Origin: Parcubacteria group bacterium
Lineage (GTDB): Bacteria > Patescibacteriota > Patescibacteriia > UBA2169
DNA: 64,000 bases
Assembly: GCA_016181765.1 (NCBI GenBank)
Contig: JACOYR010000001.1
Location: 157,062 to 221,061 of the forward strand
Direction of reading: 5' to 3'
The notes beneath the pieces are model-generated. The model was not told where the DNA came from, did no database searches, and saw nothing but the letters and a program-made list of their open reading frames with translations. A program made the position numbers and the translations under genes. Below, piece by piece: positions 48,747-58,983 of this stretch. Each line of letters begins with the position of its first letter. The first letter of the stretch is position 1.

Positions 48747-49010
48747 GTGGCCACATCAGAGCAACTCATCAGAGAGGCCATTGCAACCGGCAGGGCTGTG
48801 ATAAGGCTCGCGGACGGAAACGTGCATGTCTGCGACTTGTCGCAGCACATGTTCCCGGATGTTGTGTGCAACGCGCCCGGTTGCGCCAGAGCCTATGACA
48901 GCCGCCTTGCGCGCGTGCCGCACTTGGAACGGTGGCTGAACGGAACATCGGCCGCAAACATCATCAAACGGGACAATTGGCGGTTCGGACTGTGTCCGGA
49001 CCACTGCTGA
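48747..49010 (+). CDS. Small hypothetical Cys/His-containing protein
   Basis: GGAG SD before GTG; CNAPGC and CPDHC motifs; no recognised family. Confidence 0.4.
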   Translation: MATSEQLIREAIATGRAVIRLADGNVHVCDLSQHMFPDVVCNAPGCARAYDSRLARVPHLERWLNGTSAANIIKRDNWRFGLCPDHC

Positions 49011-49241
49011 CCCACTACCCGGCGAGTCCGCACACGAGCCTCGCGTCTCTCACTTTGAACCCAAGGAATGAGAGATGCGAGGCTTCCTTTTTTTAGGGAA
49101 GCGGAAAAATCAGAAAATTCCAAAAATTGATTTTCAGCAAAAACAGCGAATCATCAAACCATCCATCAATCCAAAACAACGCACCGAAGTGTGCCATACA
49201 TCAAACCATATATTTGTGTCGCACAATATTGGAGCGGGGAA

Positions 49242-49559
49242 TCAGGCAAAGCTAGAGTTATCCACAGGCACCCACTCGCCATACTCATCTTTAAACAACT
49301 CCACGGTATCAACAAACTCGTCATCCGAGTAAACCCTTTCAATTCCCGTGCTCTGCCCTACCCTGCCCGAGTAATGGGTTTTCTCTTCCAAGAGCCGCGG
49401 CTTTACAGAGCGCCGTAGCTTCATCTTTCCCATGGGATTTACAAATACAATTTCTTCAGTTGTTTCTCCTTCCATCTCTCCGTTTACGGTTTGATGCTCC
49501 AGGATTTCGCAGTCATCCTTGAGGCGCCCCACCACTGCTTGCCATTTTTCTTCGGTCAT
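49242..49559 (-). CDS. Acidic hypothetical protein
   Basis: 105 aa globular-looking ORF (KPRLLEEKTHYSGR), resembling proteins common in CPR. Confidence 0.7.
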   Translation of the reverse strand: MTEEKWQAVVGRLKDDCEILEHQTVNGEMEGETTEEIVFVNPMGKMKLRRSVKPRLLEEKTHYSGRVGQSTGIERVYSDDEFVDTVELFKDEYGEWVPVDNSSFA

Positions 49560-49621
49560 AGTATGACTATTGTACCAATCCCCGCATTATCTGTACAATT
49601 AAACACGTACGTTCTCTCTGC

Positions 49622-49654
49622 CGGGCTGTAGCGGTTCGAGCCCCGCCAGCCCGA
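49622..49654 (+). pseudogene. tRNA-Pro-like remnant: acceptor stem and T arm only
   Basis: CGGGCTG-TA-GCG joined directly to GTTCGAGC-CCCGC-CAGCCCG-A; C1-G72 and A73 are typical of tRNA-Pro; D and anticodon arms missing. Confidence 0.65.
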
Positions 49655-49675
49655 CAGAGCGAAAGTATGCACCAT

Positions 49676-49708
49676 AAAACCGCCCCGGGACAAACCCGGA
49701 GCGGTTTT
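49676..49708. terminator. Bidirectional intrinsic terminator
   Basis: aaaaccgccccggg-acaaa-cccggagcggtttt between the convergent tRNA remnant and RRM gene. Confidence 0.8.
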
Positions 49709-49721
49709 ACGTTAAGCGATA

Positions 49722-49982
49722 TTACTCGCGCTCACGAGGAGGGCGAGCTTCATTGACTACGATGTTGCGGCCGCCGAAATCGGTGCCGTTCAACGCGTCA
49801 ATGGCTTTTTGCGCTTCCTCATCAGAGGACATTTCCACGAATCCGAAGCCTTTGCTCCGTCCCGAGAACTTGTCCGTGATGATGGCAGTGCTGGTAACCT
49901 GGCCATGTGCGCCAAACGCCTGAGACAGATCGTCTTCAGTGGTCTGGTACGGCAGGTTGCCCACGTATAGTTTCTTTGCCAT
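49722..49982 (-). CDS. RRM RNA-binding protein
   Basis: RNP2 LYVGNL, RNP1 KGFGFVEM, VVNEARP; start at 49982. Confidence 0.95.
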   Translation of the reverse strand: MAKKLYVGNLPYQTTEDDLSQAFGAHGQVTSTAIITDKFSGRSKGFGFVEMSSDEEAQKAIDALNGTDFGGRNIVVNEARPPRERE

Positions 49983-50237
49983 AGTCTGGATGCAGGAGTC
50001 CGTCAGAAATAAATAAACGGAGGCGCCTGGCATCTATCTTATCACCTGTTTTCGACGATCCGCATCCAAACGAGAAAACCCGCCTATAGAGTTCGCGGCG
50101 GGCCAAGAGAATGCGAAAAACAAGGCACCCCTATACTAGCATGGATAGGTCCATGTGTCAATAGTGGATGTTATTGGGGGCTTTTAGACGAAAAAACCCT
50201 GCCGAGCACGAAACCCGGCAGGGCACCAAACACAAAG

Positions 50238-50783
50238 TCACGCTGCTCTGCGCATGGATTCCTGCGCTGCAGCTGGCTGCGGCCTTGGAATATCCTGCTC
50301 GCGCCACTCGCGGGTGCGGCCCCTTAAGTCGCGCGCATACTCCAGGCACTCCCGGCTAAGCTCGGGCCAATCGCGCAGGTAGTGCGCCGCAAGGAGCGCG
50401 AGATGCCGGGTTCCGGCGATACGCCGCTCATCGCTGTCCTCGGGCGCGTCCTGGGCGCGCGATCCATACCGCGCCGCGCGCTCCGCAAGCCTGAATGGCT
50501 CATACGCTTCCCCCTGCTCTTTGTGTTCCTCCTCCGTATCAGACTGTGGCTGCGCCCCCTCGGCCGCAATCCGCAGTTCGTCTTCGGAGAGATCAGCACC
50601 AACTGCAAAAGCAAGCTCCGCGATCTCCTCGCGCAACTTTACTCTCTCGTTGTGCATGTCCGGGTTCTCCCCATAGACGTGAAGTGCGACTTCTCGCTCC
50701 ATACTGCTTCTAGTATACTCCCGGGAGTTTGAAAAGTAATCCACACCTCCGGATTGCCGCCTTTCTCTCTGCGATAACCGCAT
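50238..50783 (-). CDS. Charged hypothetical protein
   Basis: The plausible E/R-rich part of the track ORF, from ATG 50783; divergent from the 50800 gene. Confidence 0.55.
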   Translation of the reverse strand: MRLSQRERRQSGGVDYFSNSREYTRSSMEREVALHVYGENPDMHNERVKLREEIAELAFAVGADLSEDELRIAAEGAQPQSDTEEEHKEQGEAYEPFRLAERAARYGSRAQDAPEDSDERRIAGTRHLALLAAHYLRDWPELSRECLEYARDLRGRTREWREQDIPRPQPAAAQESMRRAA

Positions 50784-50799
50784 GGTATAGTACGAACAT

Positions 50800-51639
50800 A
50801 TGAGTGCTAAACATGTCATTTCCGGCATTGTTGTTGTGGCCATCGCAATCGTTGTCTGGGTAATATTTTTACGCGCGCCGCAAGCCCAAACGCCGAACAA
50901 TGGCCGCAATACTGCCGAAGAAACGCCGGTGAAGCTCTTTGAACCGCAGAACAACGCTATTGTTTCCTCTCCCCTCACTTTGCGCGGCGAAGCGCGCGGC
51001 GCGTGGTACTTTGAAGCTTCATTCCCAATGAAACTGCTTGATGCGAACAACAACCAGATTGCCGTGACTCCGGCACAGGCCCAGGGCGATTGGATGACTG
51101 AAAACTTTGTGCCTTTTCTCGCAACACTGGAATTTGAATCCCCTGCCACAGAGACCGGAATGCTGGTTCTGCAAAAAGACAACCCCTCGGGCTTGCCGGA
51201 GTTTGACGCGGAAATCAAAATTCCGGTTCGGTTCAACCCAGAGAGCGAGGAGATGAGCGTACAAGCCTTTTTCAGCAACACAACTCTTGACCCGGATATA
51301 CTTGACTGCGCAAAAGTGTTCCCGGTAACGCGCACCATCCACAAAACCGAGGCCTCTGCACGGGCCGCGCTCCTTGAACTCCTCAAAGGCCCGAACCCGG
51401 TTGAACAGGAAGCCGGATTTATGACGTCCTTGAATAGCGGGGTTGAAATTCAGAGCCTCACCATCCAGGACGGCAAAGCTCTAGCTGACTTCAGCCCCCG
51501 GCTTGATGAAAACATGGGCGGCTCCTGCCGCGTTACCGCCATCCGGGCGCAAATTACGCAAACCCTCTTGCAGTTCCCGACTGTTCGCGAAGTGGCCATC
51601 TCAATTGATGGTAAAACCGACCTCATTCTCCAACCGTAA
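50800..51639 (+). CDS. Gmad2 Ig-like plus GerMN domain protein
   Basis: TM anchor, [43 protein letters not shown]. Confidence 0.85.
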   Translation: MSAKHVISGIVVVAIAIVVWVIFLRAPQAQTPNNGRNTAEETPVKLFEPQNNAIVSSPLTLRGEARGAWYFEASFPMKLLDANNNQIAVTPAQAQGDWMTENFVPFLATLEFESPATETGMLVLQKDNPSGLPEFDAEIKIPVRFNPESEEMSVQAFFSNTTLDPDILDCAKVFPVTRTIHKTEASARAALLELLKGPNPVEQEAGFMTSLNSGVEIQSLTIQDGKALADFSPRLDENMGGSCRVTAIRAQITQTLLQFPTVREVAISIDGKTDLILQP

Positions 51640-51845
51640 CCGGGAGGGATTCAGGGTCCATCCAACCCGAAAGGTCTGCTTCGCTTGCCACGTACCCGCG
51701 TATATCCGCGCTGGTTCCTTTTCTGAACATGCTCTTGCAATGGATATTGTTTCCGTTTAATATGGTTCTCTTCGGTTCCATCCCGGCCATTGAAGCCCAA
51801 ACCAGGTTGGCGATAGGAAAGTACCTGGGCTTTAGCGTGACAAAG

Positions 51846-51917
51846 AAAGTCAGATAAAAAACCGTTTTTATTTGACTTTCTACGAGATCTATAGTAGTTT
51901 ACTTTTGACTCAAAAGT
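51846..51917 (+). promoter_or_regulatory. Promoter region with two inverted repeats
   Basis: GAAAGTCAGATAAAAA..TTTTTATTTGACTTTC; TTGACT-N17-TAGTTT; ACTTTTGACTCAAAAGT at 51901-51917. Confidence 0.5.
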
Positions 51918-51974
51918 TGAGTTAACGCTCTATAGAAAACGCAGCGCCTCGCAACAGGAAAGGATGGTCATCAC

Positions 51975-52607
51975 ATGGTGGCCACGATGGAGCAGCAACC
52001 CATCATCGCGGTGTCGGCTGCCGAATGGAAGCAGTTCGGATGTCCGTACTGCGGCTACCGTTCCGGCTACCCCCGTATGTCCTGCGGCGGAGCTACCCTC
52101 GTGGAGTGCGGGAGTCCGGAATGCAACAAGGGCTGCCTCGTGCTCGCCGAGGACATCACCGAGTCGCCCGTCGGCATCAACAACATCTACCCGCAGCTCC
52201 AAGACCATCCGCGGCGCGGCATTCCGAGCCACGGCCAGCCGGACACCAGACCCGAAGGCGGCGGAGAATTCTTCCGCTCCCGCGGCATGGGCCTGGACAA
52301 CTGTTCCTGCTTCGTCTGTGGCACGCACGATCGCGATGGAAAAGGTCATTACATGCTCAACAATATCGCGGCGTTCGTGCGGTGCAAGGAGGCGGGCGAG
52401 CGCGTGGTGGCCATGTTCGCGCGCGGCGCGCGTCTGGACTACCGCGAACACGAGCCGGACTATGTGCAGGTCAAAGTCGGCGCGTGTGATGCGCACCAGC
52501 CCAACCTGATACTGCTCAACGCGCTCACCAGAGACGGCATCATCACGGTAGAGCGCATCAGACGGGCCGCGCAGTTCAAGCGGAAACGCCGCTCGCGAAC
52601 CGCCTAG
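51975..52607 (+). CDS. Cys-rich hypothetical protein (putative zinc-binding)
   Basis: CPYC, CGSPEC, CFVC, CDAH; strong GC3 codon bias; terminator follows. Confidence 0.7.
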   Translation: MVATMEQQPIIAVSAAEWKQFGCPYCGYRSGYPRMSCGGATLVECGSPECNKGCLVLAEDITESPVGINNIYPQLQDHPRRGIPSHGQPDTRPEGGGEFFRSRGMGLDNCSCFVCGTHDRDGKGHYMLNNIAAFVRCKEAGERVVAMFARGARLDYREHEPDYVQVKVGACDAHQPNLILLNALTRDGIITVERIRRAAQFKRKRRSRTA

Positions 52608-52619
52608 CACGCCCTTCAC

Positions 52620-52655
52620 GCCCCCGCCACGATCCAAGTGGCGGGGGCTCTTTTT
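52620..52655 (+). terminator. Intrinsic terminator
   Basis: gcccccgccac-gatccaa-gtggcgggggc followed by tcttttt. Confidence 0.85.
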
Positions 52656-52659
52656 ATAA

Positions 52660-53070
52660 TCACCGCACCAGCAGCCAGCCGTACAGCAACAGAAAACCGA
52701 GGTAAAAAGCCGCCAGCATCATCACAAACAACCCAGCCAGTTGCGCCCGGCCGGGGCGGTGCGCGCACCCCAAACTGATGGCGAGCAAAAGCGCAAACAC
52801 CCACCCCAAGGTTTCAATGGTCTGGGCCAGATGCCAGGCATCAGTCCGCCATACCAATAAACTCCGGCTAAAGAGGTACGCTTCCCGCGTATCGCCTTTA
52901 TCGTAATCCCGGTATTTATTCTTCCAGCTTACTTCCGGATTCCACCACTCTTGATTTGGCAGTGACGCGAACACGCTGCGGCCGTAATGGAACTGGAGCG
53001 TGTCGGAAACGCCCTTGGCCATGCCGGCCGTGAAAATAAAGAGCAGGATGAAGATTAATGTTTTAGGCAT
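52660..53070 (-). CDS. Hypothetical membrane protein (WWNP..SWKNKY / TDAWH motifs)
   Basis: 136 aa with three hydrophobic segments and conserved-looking aromatic motifs. Confidence 0.7.
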   Translation of the reverse strand: MPKTLIFILLFIFTAGMAKGVSDTLQFHYGRSVFASLPNQEWWNPEVSWKNKYRDYDKGDTREAYLFSRSLLVWRTDAWHLAQTIETLGWVFALLLAISLGCAHRPGRAQLAGLFVMMLAAFYLGFLLLYGWLLVR

Positions 53071-53217
53071 AGGGGTGTGCCCTTATCATATACCGAAATA
53101 CTGCTTGTTTGCAAAAAAAGACCTGATGCCCAAGAAACATGCATTGACAATTGATAAAAAATCTGCAATAGTAAAAAACTGAAACTTGCAGTTCTTCTCA
53201 AACCAGGGCAGGCAGGT

Positions 53218-53382
53218 ATGGAACTCACAACGCTCCATGAGTGGTTGTCCGCTGTTTCGCTTCCCGGGCTGGTGATCATTGTAGCACTCGCGGTCATTGG
53301 CCTCGCGAGCATCGGAGCTATGATGGGGATGGCCGTGGAAGCACTCACCTGGAACCGCCGCAACAAAGGAGGCAGCTCATGA
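53218..53382 (+). CDS. Small single-TM protein (54 aa), absent from the ORF track
   Basis: MELTTLHEWLSAVSLPGLVIIVALAVIGLASIGAMMGMAVEALTWNRRNKGGSS; TTGACA promoter at 53144; ATGA overlap with the next ORF. Confidence 0.6.
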   Translation: MELTTLHEWLSAVSLPGLVIIVALAVIGLASIGAMMGMAVEALTWNRRNKGGSS

Positions 53383-53651
53383 CCGAGAACCACAGCACGT
53401 GGCACTTCATCGGCGGAAAAGAGTACGAACATGATGGGATCAGGTACACGGGCCGATACCGCGAACAAGGAGAGAGCGTCCTGAAGCGGACGTTCTGTAT
53501 GCCCGATCCTAAAGAGTCCAAGCCGGCCCAGGAATGGCTGCGCCTCGCCAATAAGGCGGGCAATGAACTCGCTCGGCCATCTTCCCCGCGCCCCCGCACA
53601 CCAACCCATCGGTGCTCGCGGGGGCTTCTTTTTTTTAAAACCACGCCATAA
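53379..53651 (+). CDS. Small hypothetical protein
   Basis: AAAGGAGG SD before ATG 53379; the 3' end runs through a terminator-like hairpin, so the end is uncertain. Confidence 0.5.
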   Translation: MTENHSTWHFIGGKEYEHDGIRYTGRYREQGESVLKRTFCMPDPKESKPAQEWLRLANKAGNELARPSSPRPRTPTHRCSRGLLFFKTTP

Positions 53652-53653
53652 TA

Positions 53654-53682
53654 TTGACAAATTATCAAGGATATGATATCAT
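53654..53682 (+). promoter_or_regulatory. Sigma70 promoter of clpB
   Basis: TTGACA-N17-TATCAT with extended TG. Confidence 0.75.
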
Positions 53683-53690
53683 ACCCTATC

Positions 53691-53805
53691 CTACGAAACA
53701 GGGATTTGTACGAGATACGGGCGCTAGAATCACCAGTCAGACAGTATTTGCAGGACCACAGGAGTTAGAGTAAGCCCGTATATCGTACAGATTCTTGTTC
53801 CGCAG
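53691..53805 (+). other. Long stem-loop in the clpB 5' leader
   Basis: About 32-bp imperfect stem (53691-53722 with 53774-53805) with several G-U pairs. Confidence 0.7.
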
Positions 53806-53815
53806 CCGAACGAGT

Positions 53816-56380
53816 ATGAATTTCAATAACTACACAACCAAAGCCGCGGAGGCTTTAGAGAGCGCCTTGCAGTTGGCAGGCACGCTCAACCACCAGGGAC
53901 TCTTGCCAGGGCACCTGTTTTTGGTATTGCTCAGGCAAGCGGGCGGGCTGGTGCCGGTCATCCTTTCCAAAATGGGCAAAAATCCGGGTGAGTTGGCACA
54001 GGCTGTGCAGGAAAATTTAACCAGGCAGCCGCAAGTGAGCGGAACATCATCCCAGCACCTGACCCCGGAATTGAAAGCGGTTTTTGATGGCGCGGAAAAA
54101 GAGGCAGAGCGCCTAAAGGATGAGTACGTGTCTGTTGAGCATTTGTTGCTCGCGCTTTTGGATGACAAGGACATAGTAGAGCTTGCGGGCATCTCCAAAA
54201 GTGACGCGGAAAAAGTTTTGAAAGATGTGCGCGGTTCCCAGAGCGTCACGGACCAGGACCCCGAGGGAAAGTACCAGGTGCTGGAAAAGTACACCACTGA
54301 TTTTACGGCGCTCGCGCGTGACGGCAAGATTGATCCGGTGATCGGGAGGGATGATGAGATCCGGCGCATCATGCAGATTCTCACGCGCCGCACCAAAAAC
54401 AACCCCGTGCTCGTCGGCGAGCCAGGGGTTGGCAAGACCGCCATTGTTGAAGGCCTTGCAAAAAAGATTGTGGACCAGGACGTGCCCGAGCCTTTGCGCG
54501 GCAAGCGCGTGCTGGGTTTGGATTTGGCAAGTATGATTGCAGGCACCAAGTACCGCGGCGAATTTGAAGACCGCCTGAAAGCGTTGATTAAGGAGGTAGA
54601 GGCAGCCGAAGGCCGCATCATTTTGTTTGTTGATGAATTGCACACCGTGGTTGGGGCTGGATCTGCCGAAGGCGCCATGGATGCGGGAAACATTCTCAAG
54701 CCCGCGCTCGCGCGCGGCAAGCTCCACGCGGTCGGCGCTACGACTTTGAAGGAGTATCGCTTGCGCATTGAAAAAGACGCAGCCCTGGAGCGCAGGTTCC
54801 AGCCTGTGTACGTTGAAGAGCCCTCGGTTTCCGATACTATTTCCATTTTGCGCGGCATCAAAGACCGCTATGAAGTGCACCACGGCATTGCCATCCGCGA
54901 CAACGCGCTCGTGGCTGCGGCCCATCTTTCCAGCCGCTACTTGACGGATAGGTTTTTGCCGGACAAGGCAATTGACTTGATGGATGAAGCAGCTTCTGTG
55001 TTGCGCTTGGAAATTGATTCCAAGCCAACAGTGATTGACAAGATCCACCGCAAGCTGCGCCAGCTTGAAATTGAGCGCGAGGCCCTGAAAAAGGAAAAGG
55101 ACGATGCATCCCGGCTGCGCCTTGCGGAGATTGAAAAGCAGATCGCGGAAATCAAGGAAGAGAACAAGTCCCTGGAGCTTGCCTGGCAGAACGAGAAGCA
55201 GCACATTGACGCCATTAAGCACGCCCAGTCCGAAATTAACGGCTTAAAGCGCGAGGCAGAACGCAAGGAGCGCATCGGCGACTTGCAGGGCGTTGCCGAG
55301 ATTAACTATGCCAAGATTCCGGAGCTTGAGAAGCAGGTGAAAGGCGCCAAGCTGAAATTGGCGGAAGCGCAGAAGGGCAATCCCCTCTTGAAGGAAGAGG
55401 TGGACGAGGAAGACATTGCAAAGGTGGTGTCCCGCTGGACCGGCATTCCAGTGAACCGCCTGGTGACCGAAGAAGAGAAGCGCCTCGCAAGCATGGAAGA
55501 GGAAATCTCCATGCGCGTCATCGGCCAGAAAGACGCGATTCATGCGGTCTCAAATGCCATTCGCCGCTCCCGCGCGGGCATTTCCGAAGAAACCAAACCT
55601 ATTGGGTCGTTTATGTTCCTGGGCCCGACAGGCGTGGGCAAGACCGAGCTCGCGAAATCAGTGGCCAGTTTCCTGTTTAATGACGAGAAGCAGATTGTCC
55701 GCATTGACATGAGTGAGTACATGGAAAAGCACGCGGTCGCCCGTTTGATTGGCGCGCCTCCCGGGTATGTTGGGTATGATGAAGGCGGGCAACTGACCGA
55801 GGCCGTGCGCCGCAGGCCGTACACTGTGGTGTTGCTGGATGAGATTGAAAAAGCCCATCCGGACGTGTTCAACGTGCTTTTGCAGGTATTGGACGAGGGG
55901 CGCTTGACCGACTCCAAGGGCCGGACTGTTAATTTTAAGAACACGGTCATTATTATGACCTCAAACCTGGGCTCTGACATCATTGAAGAGCACATGGACG
56001 ACCGGAAGCGCCAGGAAGCGGAAGTTGAAAAGCTTTTGCACAAAATGTTCCGCCCCGAATTTTTGAATCGTTTGGATGATGTCATCATCTTCCAGCATCT
56101 GACTGAAGCCGAGATTGCGGACATTGTTGATTTGCAGCTGGCACAAGTAAAAGAGCGGCTTGAGCAGAAAGGCATTACACTGGCTATGGCTGACAGCGCC
56201 AGAAAGCACCTCGCAGAGGCAGGCTATGACAAGGCGTTTGGCGCGCGGCCGTTAAAGCGCCTGATCCAGAACGAAATCCTGGATGAGCTTGCGCTTTCCA
56301 TTATTGAGGGTAAAATTGGAGATGGAGACTCGGTAACCATTGACTACCGGGGCAACTCCATTGAAATCAAGAAATCCTAG
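53816..56380 (+). CDS. clpB: ATP-dependent chaperone ClpB
   Basis: Two AAA+ modules ([16 protein letters not shown]), KYRGEFE, long coiled-coil middle domain, GARPLKR; start at ATG 53816. Confidence 0.97.
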   Translation: MNFNNYTTKAAEALESALQLAGTLNHQGLLPGHLFLVLLRQAGGLVPVILSKMGKNPGELAQAVQENLTRQPQVSGTSSQHLTPELKAVFDGAEKEAERLKDEYVSVEHLLLALLDDKDIVELAGISKSDAEKVLKDVRGSQSVTDQDPEGKYQVLEKYTTDFTALARDGKIDPVIGRDDEIRRIMQILTRRTKNNPVLVGEPGVGKTAIVEGLAKKIVDQDVPEPLRGKRVLGLDLASMIAGTKYRGEFEDRLKALIKEVEAAEGRIILFVDELHTVVGAGSAEGAMDAGNILKPALARGKLHAVGATTLKEYRLRIEKDAALERRFQPVYVEEPSVSDTISILRGIKDRYEVHHGIAIRDNALVAAAHLSSRYLTDRFLPDKAIDLMDEAASVLRLEIDSKPTVIDKIHRKLRQLEIEREALKKEKDDASRLRLAEIEKQIAEIKEENKSLELAWQNEKQHIDAIKHAQSEINGLKREAERKERIGDLQGVAEINYAKIPELEKQVKGAKLKLAEAQKGNPLLKEEVDEEDIAKVVSRWTGIPVNRLVTEEEKRLASMEEEISMRVIGQKDAIHAVSNAIRRSRAGISEETKPIGSFMFLGPTGVGKTELAKSVASFLFNDEKQIVRIDMSEYMEKHAVARLIGAPPGYVGYDEGGQLTEAVRRRPYTVVLLDEIEKAHPDVFNVLLQVLDEGRLTDSKGRTVNFKNTVIIMTSNLGSDIIEEHMDDRKRQEAEVEKLLHKMFRPEFLNRLDDVIIFQHLTEAEIADIVDLQLAQVKERLEQKGITLAMADSARKHLAEAGYDKAFGARPLKRLIQNEILDELALSIIEGKIGDGDSVTIDYRGNSIEIKKS

Positions 56381-56416
56381 CGCTCTCTCACAACTTCACC
56401 GCAGAGGAGGCCTGCG

Positions 56417-56692
56417 ATGGCTCTTAGTAGCAACAAAACACCCCTGCTACTGGCGTGCACGCTCGCCTTTGCCAGAATCCAAGAAACGGAATTCAGAGTG
56501 TGCATCCGGCCGAACGGCGAGCCGCCCATACCGCTTCCGTGGAGTGAAGCGGGTCTGGAAAGGCTCAAGGCGGAACACAGGGGCGCGTTCCGCCATATAG
56601 CGCAGGAGGGCCTGCTCGCGGTTCTTTCCGAGCACCCGCTCGTCGTGGCACTCGGCTGGGAAGAGTACGGAATTGTCTCTTGCATCGGCTAA
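56417..56692 (+). CDS. Small hypothetical protein
   Basis: GAGGAGG SD upstream; fills the gap after clpB. Confidence 0.45.
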   Translation: MALSSNKTPLLLACTLAFARIQETEFRVCIRPNGEPPIPLPWSEAGLERLKAEHRGAFRHIAQEGLLAVLSEHPLVVALGWEEYGIVSCIG

Positions 56693-56790
56693 ATGCGCCG
56701 CAGACGGAGTTGGGGCCGGGTGGAACACAGCAGTTCCATCTGGCCTCTTTTTTTGATATACTGACATATTATTCACTCGCGCTTTACTCT

Positions 56791-57330
56791 ATGGTTACTA
56801 CGCTTTCGGTTTTAACGCTTATCGCGGATATCATCATCGTGCTCGCAATCCTTGCCTGGATCGTGGAACGATTCCATAAACTCCGGTTTTTGAACCCAGT
56901 CAAGCAATTAGTCCGTAAGTACAGCCTGGAACTGCTCTTCATCATACCCTTGATTGCAACTCTTGGTAGCCTCTACCTCTCCGAAATCAAGGGCTGGACT
57001 CCGTGCAAGCTCTGCTGGTACCAACGCATAGCTATGTACCCGCAGGTGATTCTGGTGGGAACGGCGCTCGCGCGCAAAGCAAAAGGCATCGCGAGCTACC
57101 TCATCCCCCTCTCTTTGATTGGCGCGCTGATTTCAACGTTGCACTACACCGAACAAATCCGCGCTCGCCTCTCTCCGCTTGATCCGCTCGCTCCGTGCGA
57201 CCTTTCCGGCGTATCCTGCGCCGCAACCCCCATCTTCCACTTCGGGTACATCACTATTCCGGTGATGGCGTTTTCCGCGTTTGTGCTGATTCTGATTGTG
57301 GCGCTGGTAAGCACATCCAAGAGCGAGTAA
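56791..57330 (+). CDS. dsbB: Disulfide bond formation protein (DsbB/BdbC family)
   Basis: PCKLCWYQRIAMYP, second Cys pair CDLSGVSC, FGYITIP. Confidence 0.9.
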   Translation: MVTTLSVLTLIADIIIVLAILAWIVERFHKLRFLNPVKQLVRKYSLELLFIIPLIATLGSLYLSEIKGWTPCKLCWYQRIAMYPQVILVGTALARKAKGIASYLIPLSLIGALISTLHYTEQIRARLSPLDPLAPCDLSGVSCAATPIFHFGYITIPVMAFSAFVLILIVALVSTSKSE

Positions 57331-57331
57331 C

Positions 57332-58491
57332 ATGAAAAAAATCCTTGCCGTACTTGCCCTGGTTGTGGTTCTGGGCCTGCCCGCGCTCACAGCAGGCGCC
57401 CAAGAGGCGCCCAAACCGGAGCGAACCGTGATTGAGGTGTTTGAGCGGGATGACTGCAGCCACTGCAGGGACTTTTTCGCATTTATTGATGATCTCGCGG
57501 CCGAGCGGGATGATTTTGTAGTGCGCTCGTATGATCTCTACACCCCGGAAGGAAAGACTTTTTTTGATGAAGCAACAAATGCGCTGCAACTTGTAAAAGG
57601 CACGCCCATCATCTACCTCAAAGGTACTATTATCCAAGGGTTTGACACCGCAGAAACCACGGGCGCGCAAATCACCGCGCTTCTTGACGCGAATGACCAA
57701 ACAGCCTCCCTATCCTTGCGCGAAGTTGTTGACGCGGCTAAGAGCGGGAAAACCGACCAGCCCGTGCTCCCCTCGGGCGCGATCTGTGATGACAAAACGT
57801 TGTGCACAGTGCAAACCCCTGCCGCAACCGTGCGCATCCCGTTCACGGATAGAATAATTGATCCGGGCCAGTACTCCTTGCCCGTGCTCGCCGCGATCCT
57901 CGGAACCGTGGACGGATTCAATCCCTGCGCCATGTGGGTGCTCGTGATGTTCCTCGCGGCCCTGGTTGCCATCAATTGTGGCTGTATGCCTGGGATTTCA
58001 TCGGGTTGGACCACATCGTCACTCCGCTCGTGGGGCTCGTTGCAATCGCTGCGGGGGCTTACTTTTTGCGTGAATTTCACCGCGGCGAGGTTGCCTGCAG
58101 CATCGCAAACCCGCAACAGCGCAAACGGATTTCGGAAAAAATCAAAGACTTCGCGAGCAAGCCCCTCACCATACTCGGCGCACTCGGCATCATCGCAATC
58201 GCATTTTCCGTGAACATCTTTGAGTTCGCGTGCTCCATCGGCATTCCCCAGACCTTCACCAAAATCCTGGATCTCGCAAACCTCTCCTGGGCAGCGAAGC
58301 AGCTCTACAACGCAATCTACATCCTGGGCTACATGCTGGATGATTTCATCGTGTTCGGCATTGCCTTGTATAGTTTTGAAAAAATCGGCGTCACGCAAAA
58401 ATACTCGCGCATCTCCCACCTCATTGGCGGGTTACTGATGGCAGCGCTCGGCTTGATACTGCTCTTGAAACCCTCGCTGCTTGTACTGTAG
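57332..58491 (+). pseudogene. Thioredoxin/glutaredoxin-fold plus CcdA-like membrane protein, frameshifted near 57975
   Basis: CSHC and DGFNPCAMWVL in frame 1; LWLYAWDFIG..FEFACSIGIP continues in another frame; about one TM segment appears to be missing at the junction. Confidence 0.75.
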
Positions 58492-58983
58492 CGCGTACCG
58501 GCTGAATTCATACACGCCGAAAAACAAAGCGCTGTACGCGACATAACCCGCGAATGAATTCCGAAAAAACGGAATCCCGGCGGCATATGACGCCATGAGC
58601 CCTACAACATCAGGCGAATACATGCCGCTCGCAGCCCAGACCGCCGCATTTGTGGTGAGATAGAAGATGACCGATGACGCAATGCTCGCGCCCAGCGCGG
58701 TCGTGAATGAGTAGCGCTGCCGTGCCGCGTAGGATGCGCCGAGCGTGAACGCGTAGGACGCGTACACCGTAGCCATGACCGAGAACTGGTACGGCCCGAT
58801 GATAACATCAGAGAGAGCCAGGGCCGCGAGCGGAAGCCAGAGCCACTTCCGCGGAAGCAAAAATCCAAAAAACAGCATCAGGGAGCCCATTGGCGTAAAG
58901 TTCCACGGATGCGGGATGATGCGGCCGATAACCGCGAGCATGGCGGCGAACGCGCCAAAAAAAACCAGGTTTGTTTTATTCAT
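58432..58983 (-). CDS. Solitary ECF S-component-like transporter (DUF6580-like), probably for cobalamin
   Basis: About 6 TM; RIIPHPWNFTP, LSD, TNAAVW, AGIPFFRNS; last gene of the riboswitch operon. Confidence 0.75.
   Translation of the reverse strand: MNKTNLVFFGAFAAMLAVIGRIIPHPWNFTPMGSLMLFFGFLLPRKWLWLPLAALALSDVIIGPYQFSVMATVYASYAFTLGASYAARQRYSFTTALGASIASSVIFYLTTNAAVWAASGMYSPDVVGLMASYAAGIPFFRNSFAGYVAYSALFFGVYEFSRYALQYKQRGFQEQYQAERCHQ

Noticed and set aside
50784-51386. N-terminal half of the 382-aa minus-strand ORF
   Set aside because: Antisense to the recognisable Gmad2/GerMN gene.
53683-53815. CIRCE/CtsR/HAIR heat-shock operator, or SRP RNA
   Set aside because: No adequate match to those consensus sequences or to the SRP domain IV motif.
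53830-56175. Long minus-strand ORFs (343, 369 and 211 aa)
   Set aside because: Antisense shadows of clpB.
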